Source: Candidatus Binatia bacterium
Lineage (GTDB): Bacteria > Desulfobacterota > Binatia > Bin18
Assembly (NCBI GenBank): GCA_963664395.2
Contig: OY761159.2
Coordinates: forward strand, 2,720,001-2,784,000
DNA: 64,000 nucleotides
Direction: 5' to 3'
This document shows, in pieces, positions 37,475 to 47,613 of this stretch. The notes beneath the pieces were generated by a model. That model did no database searches. It saw only the letters and a list, made by a program, of their open reading frames with translations, and had not been told where the DNA came from. Positions within the stretch are counted from its first letter, which is position 1. Every line of letters begins with the position of its first letter. A program made the translations under genes and the position numbers.

Positions 37475-38959
37475 ATGTTCCAACTTCCTTCCATTTATTT
37501 TGAACGGCTCCTTGAAAGTTCTCTCGACACCGTGATTGCCGTTGATCATCGAGGTCAAATCATCTTTTACAACGACGGGGCGAGCAAGACCCTTGGCTAT
37601 ACCCGAGAGGAGGTCAAAGGGAAACGTGTCAAGCTCTATCCCAGCATCGAAGAAGCCCGGCGGGTGCTGGAGGTGATGCGCAGCGAGGAGATTGGGGAGA
37701 AGGGCAAGGTCAAGAGCTTTGAAACCGCCCTGGTCGCAAAAAGTGGAGAGCGTATCCCAGTCTCTTTCTCGGGCTCGATTATTTACGACGAAAACGGAGC
37801 AGAAATCGGTTCGATCGGCTTTCACCGCGACCTGCGTGAGATCCGTTTGCCGCCGGGGTATTTTGAGCGGCTGCTTGAAAATTCACTCGATATCGTGATT
37901 GCGCTCGACCACAAGGGCCAGATTATTTTTTACAACGATGGGGCGCATCAGACTCTCGGCTATACCTCACAAGAGATCCATGGCAAGCGCGTCTGGACCT
38001 CCGTCTACCCGAGCCTTGACGAGGCGCGACGTGTCATGGAGGCAATGCGGGGCGAAGAGATCGGCGCGAAGGGAAAAGTGAAGAATTTCGAGACCGCGCT
38101 CGTGACAAAGAGCGGCGAGTACATCCCAGCCGCGCTTTCCGCGTCGATTATTTATGATGACGACGGGAAAGAGGCGGGCTCAATCGGCTTTTTGAAAGAC
38201 CTGCGAGAGATCCGTCAGCGAGATCAGTTAGCCACCCTGGGTGAATTAGCCGTTGGTCTGGGACATCGGATCAACAACCCGCTTGAGGTCATCTTCAATA
38301 ATCTGGACATTCTGACCAAACACATGGCACAGAGCTTTTCGGACGAAGAATACGTTGTCCAAGAAGAACGCGTGGAATCCATCCAGCGGGAGCTGGCGAA
38401 GATCCTCGGGATTGTCTCCCGTATTGACGATATGGCCCACGGTGAGCGCTATGATACGACTGAGTACCTGCACGGCTCTCGGATGGCAGACCTCGGTCGG
38501 GATGAAGTGGTTACTCCCCATGCCATTGGTGTCCGGCCGGCAACGCAGATACTGGCCGGCCTGCGCCTCTTGGTGGTCGATGATGATCTTGGCGTGTGCT
38601 ACTCGTTGCGTGATTTATTGACCGAAGACGGCTGTAGCGTTGAGGTCGCGACCAACGGGATTGAGGCGCTGAAGATCCTTGATCGGAATTTTCTGGGCCA
38701 GAACCCTTTCCACCTGGTGCTGAGTGACGTGGTGATGCCTGACTTAGACGGATACGATCTCTACATGGAGGCAAAGGAGCGTTACCCAGAACTGCCTGTT
38801 GTCCTGATGACGGCCTATTTTTACGACAAAGACCACGTGATCAAACGGAGCCGTCTGGAAGGATTGGAGGACGTCTTATTCAAGAAGCCGGTTGATCCGG
38901 ACCGGCTGAAAGAAATGATCCTCAAGCTGTGTAAACCCGAAGAAGCGAGTCAAGTATAG
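37475..38959 (+). CDS. PAS-PAS-HisKA-REC signalling protein lacking an HATPase domain
   Basis: Two near-duplicate PAS/PAC domains; H-box GLGHRINNPL; receiver VVDDD..LSDVVMPDLDG..MTAY..KKP. Confidence 0.88.
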   Translation: MFQLPSIYFERLLESSLDTVIAVDHRGQIIFYNDGASKTLGYTREEVKGKRVKLYPSIEEARRVLEVMRSEEIGEKGKVKSFETALVAKSGERIPVSFSGSIIYDENGAEIGSIGFHRDLREIRLPPGYFERLLENSLDIVIALDHKGQIIFYNDGAHQTLGYTSQEIHGKRVWTSVYPSLDEARRVMEAMRGEEIGAKGKVKNFETALVTKSGEYIPAALSASIIYDDDGKEAGSIGFLKDLREIRQRDQLATLGELAVGLGHRINNPLEVIFNNLDILTKHMAQSFSDEEYVVQEERVESIQRELAKILGIVSRIDDMAHGERYDTTEYLHGSRMADLGRDEVVTPHAIGVRPATQILAGLRLLVVDDDLGVCYSLRDLLTEDGCSVEVATNGIEALKILDRNFLGQNPFHLVLSDVVMPDLDGYDLYMEAKERYPELPVVLMTAYFYDKDHVIKRSRLEGLEDVLFKKPVDPDRLKEMILKLCKPEEASQV

Positions 38960-39078
38960 CCTCTTGCGGCGATACTCCTCCCGGTGGCAACGAACCGTCC
39001 TCCCCGCGGTTCAATCTTTTCCTTCTCAATACTGGACGGAACTGCCTGAAAAATCTATTCTTTAAGCTGGAAACATTC

Positions 39079-39107
39079 TTGACGCTCCACCAGGGTCGAG
39101 GTATAAA
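39079..39107 (+). promoter_or_regulatory. candidate sigma70 promoter of pckG
   Basis: TTGACG-17 nt-TATAAA, ~60 nt upstream of the ATG. Confidence 0.55.
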
Positions 39108-39166
39108 GAAATCTTATCGTTTTCTGTCATAAGTATTAGAATCTACCCTTATCCAGAGGAGACCAA

Positions 39167-40912
39167 ATGCCAACCCCACTCGAACAATGGGTCGAAGAGA
39201 CCGCCCAACTCACGCGGCCAGAGAACGTCCACTGGTGTGACGGCTCGGAAGAAGAAAATCAACGCCTGATTGAGGGCATGCTCGATGACGGGACCCTGAT
39301 GGCGTTGAACCAAGAGCAATATCCGAACTGTTATTTACACCGGAGTGATCCCAAAGATGTCGCGCGCACCGAGCACCTGACCTTTGTGTGTACACGGGAA
39401 AAAGCAGACGCCGGTCCGAATAATAACTGGATGGTCCCAGCGGAGGCCAAGGAAAAAGTCGGCGGACTCTTTAAGGGTGCAATGAAAGGCCGGACCTTAT
39501 ACGTCGTGCCGTATATCATGGGGCCGGTGACGTCTCCCTATAGTCAGGTTGGCGTAGAAATCACGGATAGCCCCTACGTCGCAGCCAGTATGCGCATCAT
39601 GACCCGCATGGGCAAGGCTGCACTTGAGCGGCTGGGTTCGTCAGAGAATTATGTCCAGGGCCTCCATTCTCTAGGAGACCTCAGCCCTGACCGCCGGTTT
39701 ATCATGCACTACCCTGAAGACCGTGCGATTTGGTCCATCGGTTCCGGCTACGGTGGGAACGCGCTGCTTGGGAAAAAGTGCTTCGCTCTACGGCTCGGGA
39801 GCTATATGGCGCGTGAGGAAGGCTGGCTGGCCGAGCATATGCTGATCATTGGCGTTGAAGAGCCGAGCGGCCGCACGACGTATATTGCGGCCGCATTCCC
39901 CAGCGCCTGCGGAAAAACGAATCTGGCCATGCTGATCCCACCGGAGAGCCAAAAGGGCTACAAAGTCTGGACGGTGGGCGATGATATTGCCTGGATGCAT
40001 CCCGGTCCGGATGGACGGCTGTGGGCGATTAATCCGGAGGCCGGGTTTTTTGGCGTTGCGCCGGGAACAAACTCTCACACAAATCCGAACGTCATGACGA
40101 CCGTCGCCAAGAACTCGATTTTTACGAATGTCGCACTCACTCCGGACCGCACTCCGTACTGGGAAGGCATGGACGGCGGTCCGCCGGCCGAGGCAATCGA
40201 TTGGCAGGGCCAGCCATGGACACCACAGTCTGAGGGCAAAGCCGCCCACCCCAACTCTCGCTTCACCACGCCGGCCCGACAGTGTCCGGTCATGTCTTCA
40301 GAGTGGGAATCTCCCCAAGGGGTGCCGATTTCGGCCTTCCTCTTTGGTGGCCGCCGCGCGGGTTTGATCCCCCTCGTCTATCAGTCTTTCAACTGGCAGC
40401 ACGGGGTGTCGCTTGGCACGACGATGGCCTCTGAAACAACGGCGGCGGCGACCGGAAAAGTCGGTAAGGTCCGGCGTGATCCCATGGCCATGTTACCCTT
40501 CTGTGGCTACAACATGGGCGACTATTTCGGCCATTGGCTCAACATGGGTAAAAAGATCGCAAATCCACCCAAAATTTTTCGGGTAAACTGGTTCCGGACG
40601 AATCAAGAAGGCAAACTTCTCTGGCCCGGCTTTGGAGAAAACCTGCGGGCGCTGCGTTGGGTTATTGCCCGGGTGCACGGTGAGGTTGGAGCTCGCGAGA
40701 CCGAAATCGGCTATCTGCCGCATATCAACGATATTGATACGACCGGTATTGATGTCTCGCCGGCAGTGCTCGACGAACTCCTCAGCGTGGACCGTCCGGG
40801 CTGGGTAAAAGCGGCAGAGAGTCAGCGCGAATTCTTTGAACAGTTCGGGGACCGACTCCCGCAGGAGCTGTGGCAAGAAAACGCGGCGCTGGATAAACGG
40901 CTGCAAGCCTGA
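39167..40912 (+). CDS. pckG: phosphoenolpyruvate carboxykinase (GTP)
   Basis: GSGYGGNALLGKKCFALR, AFPSACGKTNLAM, VGDDIAW, HPNSRF. Confidence 0.97.
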   Translation: MPTPLEQWVEETAQLTRPENVHWCDGSEEENQRLIEGMLDDGTLMALNQEQYPNCYLHRSDPKDVARTEHLTFVCTREKADAGPNNNWMVPAEAKEKVGGLFKGAMKGRTLYVVPYIMGPVTSPYSQVGVEITDSPYVAASMRIMTRMGKAALERLGSSENYVQGLHSLGDLSPDRRFIMHYPEDRAIWSIGSGYGGNALLGKKCFALRLGSYMAREEGWLAEHMLIIGVEEPSGRTTYIAAAFPSACGKTNLAMLIPPESQKGYKVWTVGDDIAWMHPGPDGRLWAINPEAGFFGVAPGTNSHTNPNVMTTVAKNSIFTNVALTPDRTPYWEGMDGGPPAEAIDWQGQPWTPQSEGKAAHPNSRFTTPARQCPVMSSEWESPQGVPISAFLFGGRRAGLIPLVYQSFNWQHGVSLGTTMASETTAAATGKVGKVRRDPMAMLPFCGYNMGDYFGHWLNMGKKIANPPKIFRVNWFRTNQEGKLLWPGFGENLRALRWVIARVHGEVGARETEIGYLPHINDIDTTGIDVSPAVLDELLSVDRPGWVKAAESQREFFEQFGDRLPQELWQENAALDKRLQA

Positions 40913-40937
40913 AGAGGGACCTCAGCCCCAAGTCACC

Positions 40938-41624
40938 ATGGTCCGCATTACAAAAGTTTATACCCGGACGGGTGATACAGGTTCGACCCGACTCGTCGGG
41001 GGCAAAAAGGTCGCCAAGGATGCGGCCCGTATCGCTGCCTATGGGACGATAGACGAACTCAACTCTGTTGTGGGCCTGGCCCGGGTGTTCAACGACGACC
41101 TGAAGCAAGAACTGCCGGCCGCCAAACAGTTAGACGATATTTTCCGCCAACTTCAAAATGAGCTGTTCGACCTGGGGAGTGAACTTGCCACGCCGTCGGA
41201 CTTTTCCTACGAGGGCATGTTTCGAGTCAGTGAGCAGGAGGTGAAGAGCCTCGAACGCCTCATCGATTCGTGCCAGAAAGACCTGGAGCCACTCAACTCT
41301 TTTATCCTGCCCGGTGGCGGCAAAGTGGGCGGTTTCCTGCATCAGGCCCGAACCGTCTGTCGGCGGGCCGAACGCGATATCCTGCGACTCTCGCGCGAAG
41401 AAGAGGTCAGCCCCTGGCCGCTCACCTATGTCAATCGACTCAGCGATCTGCTGTTCGTCCTGTCCCGCTGGGTGAGCCACAAGCTGGGCGAGCCGGAATA
41501 TCTCTGGGAGCGTGGCCTGCGCAGCAGTGAGCGAAAAGCTGCTCGGTCCGGCAAAGCAAAAACGGCAAAACCCACCCGCAGAGCCAAAAAAGCCGTGAAA
41601 AAACGCGCACAAAAGGGGACGTGA
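40938..41624 (+). CDS. pduO: PduO-type cob(I)alamin adenosyltransferase with Lys-rich C-terminal tail
   Basis: KVYTRTGDTGST, YGTIDELNS, RTVCRRAER, YVNRLSDLLF. Confidence 0.92.
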   Translation: MVRITKVYTRTGDTGSTRLVGGKKVAKDAARIAAYGTIDELNSVVGLARVFNDDLKQELPAAKQLDDIFRQLQNELFDLGSELATPSDFSYEGMFRVSEQEVKSLERLIDSCQKDLEPLNSFILPGGGKVGGFLHQARTVCRRAERDILRLSREEEVSPWPLTYVNRLSDLLFVLSRWVSHKLGEPEYLWERGLRSSERKAARSGKAKTAKPTRRAKKAVKKRAQKGT

Positions 41625-42307
41625 TGGCCGAGTCTTCCCTGTATTTCAAACAAATTGAAATTGGCCCGATGCAGAACTTTGCCTACCTGATTGGGGATAC
41701 GGCCACACGGGAGGCGGTCGTTATCGACGCCGCCTGGGACATTCCCGCCATTATCCGGACCGCGGAACACGACGGCTTCAGCATTACCCAAGCGCTGGTG
41801 ACCCACTATCACCAGGATCACCTGGGCGGCGATTTGTTCGGCACCCACATCCAGGGAGTGGTTGAACTGCTCGAACAGGTGAAAGCCAAGGTGTATATCC
41901 ACAAGGCCGAGTCCGAATTTTTGGGCCGCCTGGTCGGCCTGTCCGATTCCGACATCGTTCAGGTCGAGGGCGGTGATACGACCGCTGTGGGCGCTCTCAG
42001 CATCAAGTTCATTCACACCCCCGGACATACGCCCGGCTCACAATGTTTTCTGATTGAGAATCGCCTGGTGGCCGGTGACACGCTGTTTATTAACTCGTGC
42101 GGCCGGGTGGACCTGCCGGGCAGCAGCCCGGAAGATATGTATTCGAGTCTGCAAACGCTCTCGCAACTGGCGGACGAGACCGTTCTCTATCCCGGCCATA
42201 ATTATGCTTCTCAGCCCTGGGATAGCCTGGGTGCCCAAAAACGTCACAATATGTATCTGCGTCTCAGCGCCAGGGGACGCCAGGAATTTCTGGCCGCCCT
42301 GAGATAA
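41621..42307 (+). CDS. MBL-fold metallo-hydrolase (glyoxalase II-like)
   Basis: THYHQDH, HTPGHTPGS, GDTLF, YPGH. Confidence 0.9.
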   Translation: MMAESSLYFKQIEIGPMQNFAYLIGDTATREAVVIDAAWDIPAIIRTAEHDGFSITQALVTHYHQDHLGGDLFGTHIQGVVELLEQVKAKVYIHKAESEFLGRLVGLSDSDIVQVEGGDTTAVGALSIKFIHTPGHTPGSQCFLIENRLVAGDTLFINSCGRVDLPGSSPEDMYSSLQTLSQLADETVLYPGHNYASQPWDSLGAQKRHNMYLRLSARGRQEFLAALR

Positions 42308-42327
42308 ACGGACACAAAGGAGCACGG

Positions 42328-43386
42328 GTGCGTATCCGGAAAAAGCGCGGTAATTTTCTCGAAGACTTCTCTGTTGGTCAGTTGTTTCGGCACAAGGTCG
42401 GGAAAACCGTAACCGAAGGCTTGTTTAACGCCTTTACGGAGTTCGGCATGACCACCAATCCGCTGTCGAAAAACTTGCGCTATGCCGAACAGTACGGTTT
42501 CCGTGGTCTGATTGCCCCGCCCGGTTTGGTGATGAATATCGTTTTCAGCCAAAGCGTTGAAGATATTTCGGAAAACGCGCGGGCCAATCTCGAATACCGC
42601 GATATGCGCTTTGGCGCCCCGGTGTATATCGGCGATACGATAGAGGTTGAGACGACCATCCTCGGCATCAAGCCCTCCTCGCGGGACCACGATCGAGGCG
42701 TTGTGCACGTCCAGACGACCGGCCGCAACCAGCATGGCGAAATCGTGCTGACCCTGCAACGCAAGGTCCAAATCTGGAAAGATAATACGGACACTCGGAT
42801 CGAAGAGGCAGCCCTGGCCGAAATACCAGATATTCCCTGCGATCTCGTCGTACCGGAATATGACAAGAGTCGGCAGTACAAAGACCTGGCTCACCTGGCC
42901 AATGCCGATACCTATTTCGAGGACTTTCAGCCCGGCGACACGCTCGAACATTCCCGTGGACGGACGGTGACTACTGCCCACATGGAATGGACCGCCCTAT
43001 TGGACAACACCTCTCAGGTCCACTCCAATCAATACCTGATAGACCAGAATCCGGAGCGCTATATTGGCGGTCAGCTGATCGTCTATGGCGGGATTCCGTT
43101 TAATCTCTGCCTCGGTTTGTCCTGTCCCGACGTTGGCGATAATGCCGTCGGAGACGTGCGCTATGTGACCGGCCGCCACACGGGCCCGGTTTTTGTGGGT
43201 GATACCGTCTTCGCCTCGATTGAAATAACCGGCAGCCGTGAGTATCCCGGTCGGCCCGACCTGGGTATTGTCGAGACCACCTTGCACGGTCATAAATTTA
43301 TCCGAAAAGACGAGGATTGGGAAAAGACCGAGATTTTCTATCTCGAACGTGAACTGGCCGTAAAACGGCGCAGCCATTACGCCTGA
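42328..43386 (+). CDS. mch: mesaconyl-C1-CoA (2-methylfumaryl-CoA) hydratase, double MaoC domain
   Basis: GNFLEDFSVGQLFRH, DISENARANLEY, YFEDFQPGDTLEHSRG, NTSQVH, IVYGG; sits with mcl/ecm/mcd. Confidence 0.8.
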   Translation: MRIRKKRGNFLEDFSVGQLFRHKVGKTVTEGLFNAFTEFGMTTNPLSKNLRYAEQYGFRGLIAPPGLVMNIVFSQSVEDISENARANLEYRDMRFGAPVYIGDTIEVETTILGIKPSSRDHDRGVVHVQTTGRNQHGEIVLTLQRKVQIWKDNTDTRIEEAALAEIPDIPCDLVVPEYDKSRQYKDLAHLANADTYFEDFQPGDTLEHSRGRTVTTAHMEWTALLDNTSQVHSNQYLIDQNPERYIGGQLIVYGGIPFNLCLGLSCPDVGDNAVGDVRYVTGRHTGPVFVGDTVFASIEITGSREYPGRPDLGIVETTLHGHKFIRKDEDWEKTEIFYLERELAVKRRSHYA

Positions 43387-43456
43387 GCGTACAATCAAAG
43401 AGCCCTCAAAGAACCGCATTGCTTTTCACCCGGACGGCTGACAAAGCGCCAACACG

Positions 43457-44629
43457 ATGACATTCCGCCGGATCGTCTGGCCATTGGCGATTGCAGAAAC
43501 GCTGGTATGGGCGGCGCTCTACTATTCGTTTCCTGCCCTGCTGCTTGAGTGGGAACGCGACCTGGGGTGGTCGAAAACCGAGCTTGCCGGGGCGCTGACG
43601 CTGGCTTTGGTTACCTCGGCGCTGCTCGGGCCCATGACCGGGCGCTTGATAGACCGTGGTTTCGGACGGGTCGTCTTCAGCGGCAGTGCGGCTCTGGGGG
43701 CCGTGCTATTGGCCGGCCTCTCGTGGGTTGAACATCTGTGGCAATTCTACTGTGTGTGGTTCGGCATTGGCGTGGCGATGGCCGGCACGTTATACGACGC
43801 GTGCTTTTCCCTGCTGACACATGCCCTGGGCGACGAGGCCCGCAAGGCCATTACCCTCGTCACCCTGGTGGCCGGTTTTGCCGGGACACTCGCCTTTCCG
43901 AGTATCCATGTATTAGTCGGCTGGGTTGGCTGGAGAGACGCCGTTGTCATTGTCGCCGGCGTTGAGCTACTGATTGCCGTTCCCCTCATCTGGAAGGCGT
44001 GTCAGCGTGCCGACCACTATCAGGCCGACCGCCGCCCGGCAACGAGTGACCATACCGGAGCGGCAGTGCTCAGGGCTCCCGTCTTCTGGCTGCTCGCCGT
44101 GGCGTTTGGCTTGGCGAATTTGGAACATTTCAGCCTGCTGACCCATCTCCTGCCTTTGCTTGCTGAACGGGGTCTGTCGGCTGAAGCCGCGGTGCTGACG
44201 GCCTCTTCGATCGGACCCATGCAGGTGGCGGGCCGCCTGGCTATGTTGGCAGTGGAGAAATACGTGTCAACGTTGTGGATTGCGGTTGCCTGTTTCCTGG
44301 CCATGACCGCCGCCGCCACCGCTCTCTTTTTCGCTCAGAGCGTGGCGGTACTGCTCCCCTTCTTCGTCATTCTCCAAGGTGCGGGGATGGGAATGACCAG
44401 CATACTCCGCCCGGTGATGACCGCCGAACTGTTGGGCAGAGCCAATTTCGGGATCGTGTCCGGATTCTTGGCTATCCCGTCGATCCTGGCCGCAGCCCTC
44501 GCCCCAACCCTTGCCGCGATTGTGTGGCGAGTGGGGGGATATGAAACGGTCATCTTGATAGCAGCAGCTACGACAGTGGTCGGGCTGGGCTGTGTCAGCA
44601 GCATACCGCTGCTGGCGTTCCGGCGTTGA
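43457..44629 (+). CDS. MFS transporter
   Basis: GRLIDRGFGR motif A; ~12 TMs. Confidence 0.9.
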   Translation: MTFRRIVWPLAIAETLVWAALYYSFPALLLEWERDLGWSKTELAGALTLALVTSALLGPMTGRLIDRGFGRVVFSGSAALGAVLLAGLSWVEHLWQFYCVWFGIGVAMAGTLYDACFSLLTHALGDEARKAITLVTLVAGFAGTLAFPSIHVLVGWVGWRDAVVIVAGVELLIAVPLIWKACQRADHYQADRRPATSDHTGAAVLRAPVFWLLAVAFGLANLEHFSLLTHLLPLLAERGLSAEAAVLTASSIGPMQVAGRLAMLAVEKYVSTLWIAVACFLAMTAAATALFFAQSVAVLLPFFVILQGAGMGMTSILRPVMTAELLGRANFGIVSGFLAIPSILAAALAPTLAAIVWRVGGYETVILIAAATTVVGLGCVSSIPLLAFRR

Positions 44630-44785
44630 TGGGTGCTGCAAAATCTGAAGGTTCGGAGGGTCAAGAGAGCGGAGTGAAAGCGGTCCGACCTCACCTCTAT
44701 TCCGTGTTGCTCCTCCTATCTCGGTTCGTTATGATACCCTTCTTGTCGGAAATGCGGATACGCCTGGCACGGGAGGGAACATCGT

Positions 44786-46303
44786 ATGGCACTCTTGGAC
44801 CGAGCCGAATGGTATGACATCGCCCGCGACACCAATTGGACTCCAAAGTATGTCACTGAAGACGAGCTTTTCCCCGAAGCACAGAGTGGCACGATGGGCT
44901 TACCGCTTGAGGTGTGGGAGAGTTACGATGAGCCCTATAAAGTAACCTATCGTGAGTACGTTCGGACTCAACGTGAGAAGGACGCCGGGGTGTATTCGGT
45001 CAAAGCCGCGCTCCAGCGGGCCAATTTTTTGGACAAGGCCGCGCCGGGCTGGGTGAGTATCCTCAAGCTGCACTACGGCGCGTTTGCCACGCTGGAGGCC
45101 ATGGCGTCGAGCGCGGAGTCTCGCATGGCCCGCTTTGGCAAGGCCGGTGGTCTGCGCAACATGGCGACCTTTGGCTCGCTGGACGAGAATCGCCACGGTC
45201 AGATTCAACTGTATTTCCCGCACGAACACGTCCACCGCAGTCGGCAGTTTGACTGGGCTACCAAGTCGATGCACACCAACGAGTGGGCTGTGATTGCTGC
45301 CCGCCATCTATTCGATGACATTATGGCTGGCCGCGACGCAGTTGGTGTAGCGCTGATGCTGACCTTTGCGTTTGAGACCGGATTTTCCAATGTACAATTT
45401 CTTGGTCTTGCGGCCGATGCCGCTCAGGCGGGCGATATTTCCTTTTCCAATCTCGCCTCGAGTATTCAAACCGACGAAGCGCGGCACGCCCAAATTGGTG
45501 GCCCGGCTGTGAAAATCCTGATTGCAAACGGGAAGAAGAACGAAGCCCAGCGACTAGTTGATATTGCCATCTGGCGGGCTTGGACCTTGTTCGCCACAGT
45601 GACCGGTCCATCCATGGATTATTACACCCCGCTCGACCGCCGCGAGAAATCCTTCAAAGAGTTCATGCAGGAGTGGGTCTTTGGCCAGTTCGAACGGACG
45701 CTCATCGACATTGGTCTGGAACGCCCCTGGTATTGGGCCACCATGCTGGCAGACCTCGATACCCGCCATCACGGTATGCACGCGGGCATCTGGACCTTTC
45801 ATAAATCGGTCTGGTGGGATGTGCCGCCCGGCATCAGCCGGGCCGAACGCGCCTGGTTGGAGGAGAAATATCCCGGCTGGGAAGAGACCTGGGGGGCGCA
45901 TTTCTGGGACCCGATCATTGCCCGCTTCCTGAAAGACGGCCCGGTCGATACGGTGCTGCCAACAATGGTGCAACTGTGCAATATGGCTCAAGTGCCGATC
46001 ACCGGCACGCCAGGCTGGACCCCGGGTAAGACCGGTCGGCCCTTGCAGGATTTTCCGCTCGAACACGAAGGACGCTTGTATCATTTCGGCTCGGAGGTGG
46101 ACCGCTGGATTTTTCAGCAAGATCCGGACCGCTACAAAGATCACCTGAGCGTTGCCGACCGGATGGTGGCCGGGATGATCCAGCCGCCGACCCTCGAAGG
46201 GCTGCTTGACTACTTTTCTCTCAAAGAGGGAGAACAGGGGGAAGACGCCCTCGGGCACAGCTGGTTGGAAGAGTATCGCCAAGACCAGGTCCAGGCCGCC
46301 TAG
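44786..46303 (+). CDS. tmoA: toluene/aromatic-alkene monooxygenase hydroxylase alpha subunit
   Basis: Colinear with TmoA/TouA; diiron ligands E104, E134, H137, E197, E231, H234; C-terminal YHFGSEVDRW. Confidence 0.93.
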   Translation: MALLDRAEWYDIARDTNWTPKYVTEDELFPEAQSGTMGLPLEVWESYDEPYKVTYREYVRTQREKDAGVYSVKAALQRANFLDKAAPGWVSILKLHYGAFATLEAMASSAESRMARFGKAGGLRNMATFGSLDENRHGQIQLYFPHEHVHRSRQFDWATKSMHTNEWAVIAARHLFDDIMAGRDAVGVALMLTFAFETGFSNVQFLGLAADAAQAGDISFSNLASSIQTDEARHAQIGGPAVKILIANGKKNEAQRLVDIAIWRAWTLFATVTGPSMDYYTPLDRREKSFKEFMQEWVFGQFERTLIDIGLERPWYWATMLADLDTRHHGMHAGIWTFHKSVWWDVPPGISRAERAWLEEKYPGWEETWGAHFWDPIIARFLKDGPVDTVLPTMVQLCNMAQVPITGTPGWTPGKTGRPLQDFPLEHEGRLYHFGSEVDRWIFQQDPDRYKDHLSVADRMVAGMIQPPTLEGLLDYFSLKEGEQGEDALGHSWLEEYRQDQVQAA

Positions 46304-46322
46304 CAGGGGTTGTAAGGCCCGT

Positions 46323-46610
46323 ATGGCACAGATTCCCATTGTCCATAATCTGCATCAAGAGTTTGTCCTGTATGTCTCCATCGTCGATACAGAGAATACG
46401 ATGGACGAAGTGTGCCAGACGGCAGCCCGGTTGAGCATTGGTTTTGAGAAAAACCAGCAGCCGGATGCGCCCCTCCGCGTGCGGAAAGTAGGTGCTGAAA
46501 AACCGTTTCCCCGCGACATGACGGTTGAGGAGGCCGGCATCACGCCGATGACGAGCCTCGAACTCTTTTATGAAGCAGCCGAGTCGGCTTCGCCCGAGCC
46601 TACACCATGA
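46323..46610 (+). CDS. tmoB: monooxygenase hydroxylase gamma subunit
   Basis: VDTENTMDEV, PFPRDMTVEEAGITPM; position after alpha. Confidence 0.85.
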   Translation: MAQIPIVHNLHQEFVLYVSIVDTENTMDEVCQTAARLSIGFEKNQQPDAPLRVRKVGAEKPFPRDMTVEEAGITPMTSLELFYEAAESASPEPTP

Positions 46611-47599
46611 GTACCGAATCCGAACCTCTCAAGCCACTGCGGACCTGGAGTCATCTCGTCGGTCGCCGCCGTCGCCCGAGCGAATATGAGATTGTCTCGA
46701 CCAATCTCATGTACGACGCCAAGAATGCGGAGTCTCCGTTTGAGCTGGGGCCGAATATCCCGCTCTCCAAGTGGTTCAAAAAATACCGCCACGGCTCGCC
46801 TCTCACCGGTCGTGATTGGGAGGAGTTCCGCGACCCTGACGAACTGACCTACCGCGCCTACAATATTCTGCAAGACGGCCAGGAGACCTATATTGAAGGG
46901 CTGTTCGACGAACATAACGAGCTCCAGTACGATGCCGGACTGGATGCCGCCTGGGCTGATGTCCTGCAGCGCTTGTATACGCCGGCCCGCTATCTGTTCC
47001 ACACCGTGCAGATGACCTCGCATTATCTGGTCCAGATTGTGCCATCGAGTACGATTCGGAACTGCGCAACCTATCAGGCTGCAGATGCGCTCCGGTGTGT
47101 GTCCCATATTGCGTATCGGACCGCCGAGCTTAAAAAGACCTATCCGGACAGAGGATTTGGTACGACTGAGCAAGAGGCGTGGGAAAACGCCGCAGTCTGG
47201 CAAGGCTTCCGTGCGCTGATGGAAAAGGTCTTGATCGCCTATGATTGGGGCGAGAGTTTTGTCGTCCTGAATCTAGTGGCAAAGCCGGCAATTGATGAAG
47301 TACTCCTGCGCCAACTTGTGGCCACAGGCCGTCGGCAGGGTGACAGCTTGCTCGGCCTCATTGCCGATTCCGAATATCGTGATGTCCGGCGCTCCAGAAC
47401 CTGGAGTACAGCCCTCGTCCGCTTTGCGGTTGAACGACCCGAAAACGTGGCTGTAATACGTGGCTGGGTGGAGAAGTGGCTCCCTCTGGCCGAACAGGCT
47501 ATCGACTTATACTGTCACGCGTTACCCGACAGTCCGCAGGCCGCGGCCGCGGCCAAAGAGGCCGTTCATGATTTTTTACGATCTCTCGATTTAGACTGA
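46607..47599 (+). CDS. tmoE: monooxygenase hydroxylase beta subunit
   Basis: LKPLRTWSHL..RRPSEYEIVS, FRDPDELTYR, YDWGESF. Confidence 0.93.
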   Translation: MSTESEPLKPLRTWSHLVGRRRRPSEYEIVSTNLMYDAKNAESPFELGPNIPLSKWFKKYRHGSPLTGRDWEEFRDPDELTYRAYNILQDGQETYIEGLFDEHNELQYDAGLDAAWADVLQRLYTPARYLFHTVQMTSHYLVQIVPSSTIRNCATYQAADALRCVSHIAYRTAELKKTYPDRGFGTTEQEAWENAAVWQGFRALMEKVLIAYDWGESFVVLNLVAKPAIDEVLLRQLVATGRRQGDSLLGLIADSEYRDVRRSRTWSTALVRFAVERPENVAVIRGWVEKWLPLAEQAIDLYCHALPDSPQAAAAAKEAVHDFLRSLDLD

Positions 47600-47613
47600 C
47601 TTCACCCCAGAGC

